Shown here: one piece after another, positions 62,330-64,000 of the stretch
Numbering within the stretch: position 1 is the first letter of the stretch
Layout: the number at the start of each line of letters is the position of its first letter
Source of the DNA: Octopus bimaculoides
Taxonomy: Eukaryota
Assembly: GCF_001194135.2 (NCBI RefSeq)
Contig: NC_068985.1
Location: 32,082,865-32,146,864, forward strand
DNA length: 64,000 nucleotides
Reading direction: 5' to 3'
Program-made: the position numbers and the translations under genes
Notes under the pieces: generated by a model
What the model saw: the letters and a program-made list of their open reading frames with translations, nothing else
Told to the model about the DNA's origin: nothing
The model's database searches: none

Positions 62330-64000
62330 ACAGAGGAACCACTCATCAGAGTTGACAGCAGTATGAGAGATAAGACAATTAAAGATATGAAAACAGGGAA
62401 AGGTCCTGGACCATCAGAAATCACTGCTGAGCATGCTTAAAACATCTAGTGGGATAGGATATGGCCTAATCACTTGTATAGTTAGTCAGGTCATCAAGGA
62501 AGGTGTCATTCCCAATAGCTGATGTAGTACTATTATAGTTAGCTACTAAAAAGGTAAAGGTGATGTCTTAGATAGAAACAACTAAAAGTATCAAACTGCT
62601 GGACTAGGTCAAAAATGTTACAGAGAGAGTTATAGCTCAATTGATTAGAAATAAAATTAAACTAGATGAGATGGTTTTGTGCATGGGAAAAGTACTACAG
62701 ATGCCATTTTCCTAGTGAGACAGCTACATGAGAAATATCTGGCCAAAAATAAACCATTGTACTTTTCTTTCATCGACCTGGAGAAAGCTTTTGACAGTGT
62801 CTCTTGCTCTGTTATCTGGTGGTCTCAAAGGAAGTTAGGAGTAGATGAATGGTTTGTTAGAGCTGTATAGCAGTGCTGTCAGTAGGGTGAGGGGAGTTGG
62901 CCATGAATACAGTGATGAATTTAGCATAGAAGTAGTGGTTTACCAAGGCTCAGTTCTCAGTACACTCTTATTCATTATGGTCCTCCAGGTATTAACAGAG
63001 GAATTTAAGACTGGTTGCCTGTAGGAACTACTATATGCTGATGGATGTTGCTCTTATAACAGAATCTATAGTGGAATTGAAGAAATTCTAACTTTGGAAG
63101 CAAAACTTTGAATCAGAGAGCTTTAAAGTTATTCTAGTGAAGACCAAGGTTGTTAGCAAGAAAGCAGATAAGACTCTTTTTCCATCAGGTAAATGGCTCT
63201 GCTCAATATGTAGGAAAGGTGTTGGAAGAAATTCCATTTATTGCACCCAGTGTAAGTTATGGATACAAAAGAGGTGCAGTGGAATCACAAGTAGGTTAAC
63301 AGAGAAAGTTGTCTTCATATGTGGTAGATGTGCAGGAACAATAAATGCTAAGAACACACAGGAATTAGATTCTCCCAAATACTCAGGAGGCTTTCTTGAG
63401 GTTGTAGATAGTTTCTGTTACATAGGTGACCAAATTAGCATTGGTGGAAGATGTTCGGAAAGTATTGTTGTTGTAATTAAAATAGGATGGAGGAAGTTCA
63501 GAGAGCTATTACCTTTATTGACAACAAAAGGACACTCTCTCAGAGTGAAAGGCAGATTGTGTGATGCTTGTCTATGAATGACTATGGTAGTGAGACATGG
63601 GCTCTGAATGCAAAAGACATGTAGAAAAGAGAGGAACAAAGCTGGTATGCTCCGGTGGATATGCAACATCAAGGTGCATGTATGACAAGGTGCAAATATG
63701 CTGAGAAAAGATGGATATAAGAGGAATCAAATGCAGCATGCAAGAGAGAAGACTATGTTGGTTTGGACATGTGAAGCATATGAATGAAGACAGATGTATA
63801 AAGTGCCAATCGCTTAAAGTGGATGGCACCTGTGGAAGAGGGAGACCCAGGAAGACATGGGATGAAATGATGAGAGCTGATCTCAAGACACTGGGCCTCA
63901 CAGAGGAGACAACAATGAACCAAGATGTCTGGTGATATGAGGTTCTTGAGAACGCTTGCCCACCTCAGCAAAACTGAGTTCTGGGAGCACCATGTGACCC
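62330..64000 (+). mobile_element. RTE LINE ORF2 (RT, PHD-like insertion, C-terminus), degenerate
   Basis: KTGKGPGPSEITAE, GKSTTDAIFLVRQL, FIDLEKAFD, QGSVLS, ELLYAD, GKWLCSICRKG...CTQCKLWIQKRC...FICGRC, VVDSFCYIG, RLCWFGHV, GRGRPRKTW. Confidence 0.92.

Overview
Eukaryotic, AT-rich, repeat-dense genomic DNA with four N-gaps. The SINE/LINE families and (TA)n-flanked gaps suggest an octopus/cephalopod draft assembly; this is inference, not a database match. The only host gene recognised is glycogen synthase kinase-3 (GSK3/shaggy) on the minus strand. Five consecutive GT-AG coding exons (29867-29677, 16211-16128, 12196-12086, 5827-5697, 4915-4809; 624 nt) splice in frame and encode the kinase N-lobe through the activation loop. 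The exon carrying the RPRTTSF N-terminus and the C-terminal exons were not found, so the rest of the window appears intronic. The introns hold RTE-clade LINE fragments whose RT carries an inserted PHD-type finger, CR1/L2-like LINE relics, three or four SINE families, a full-length Tigger/pogo element, three mariners, a DD37D maT derivative and TTAA- and TA-targeted MITEs. Best leads: (1) a 501-bp miniature LTR element with TG..CA LTRs, a 5-bp TSD and a duplicated tRNA-Ser PBS; (2) the PHD finger inside the RTE RT; (3) a CpG-rich candidate alternative first exon in frame with exon 2 that would give a Ser9-less GSK3; (4) long inverted repeats and perfect hairpins in the pre-mRNA. No prokaryotic features, CRISPR arrays, rRNA or tRNA genes are supported. 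Coordinates of decayed repeats are approximate; exon, TIR and TSD coordinates were counted base by base.
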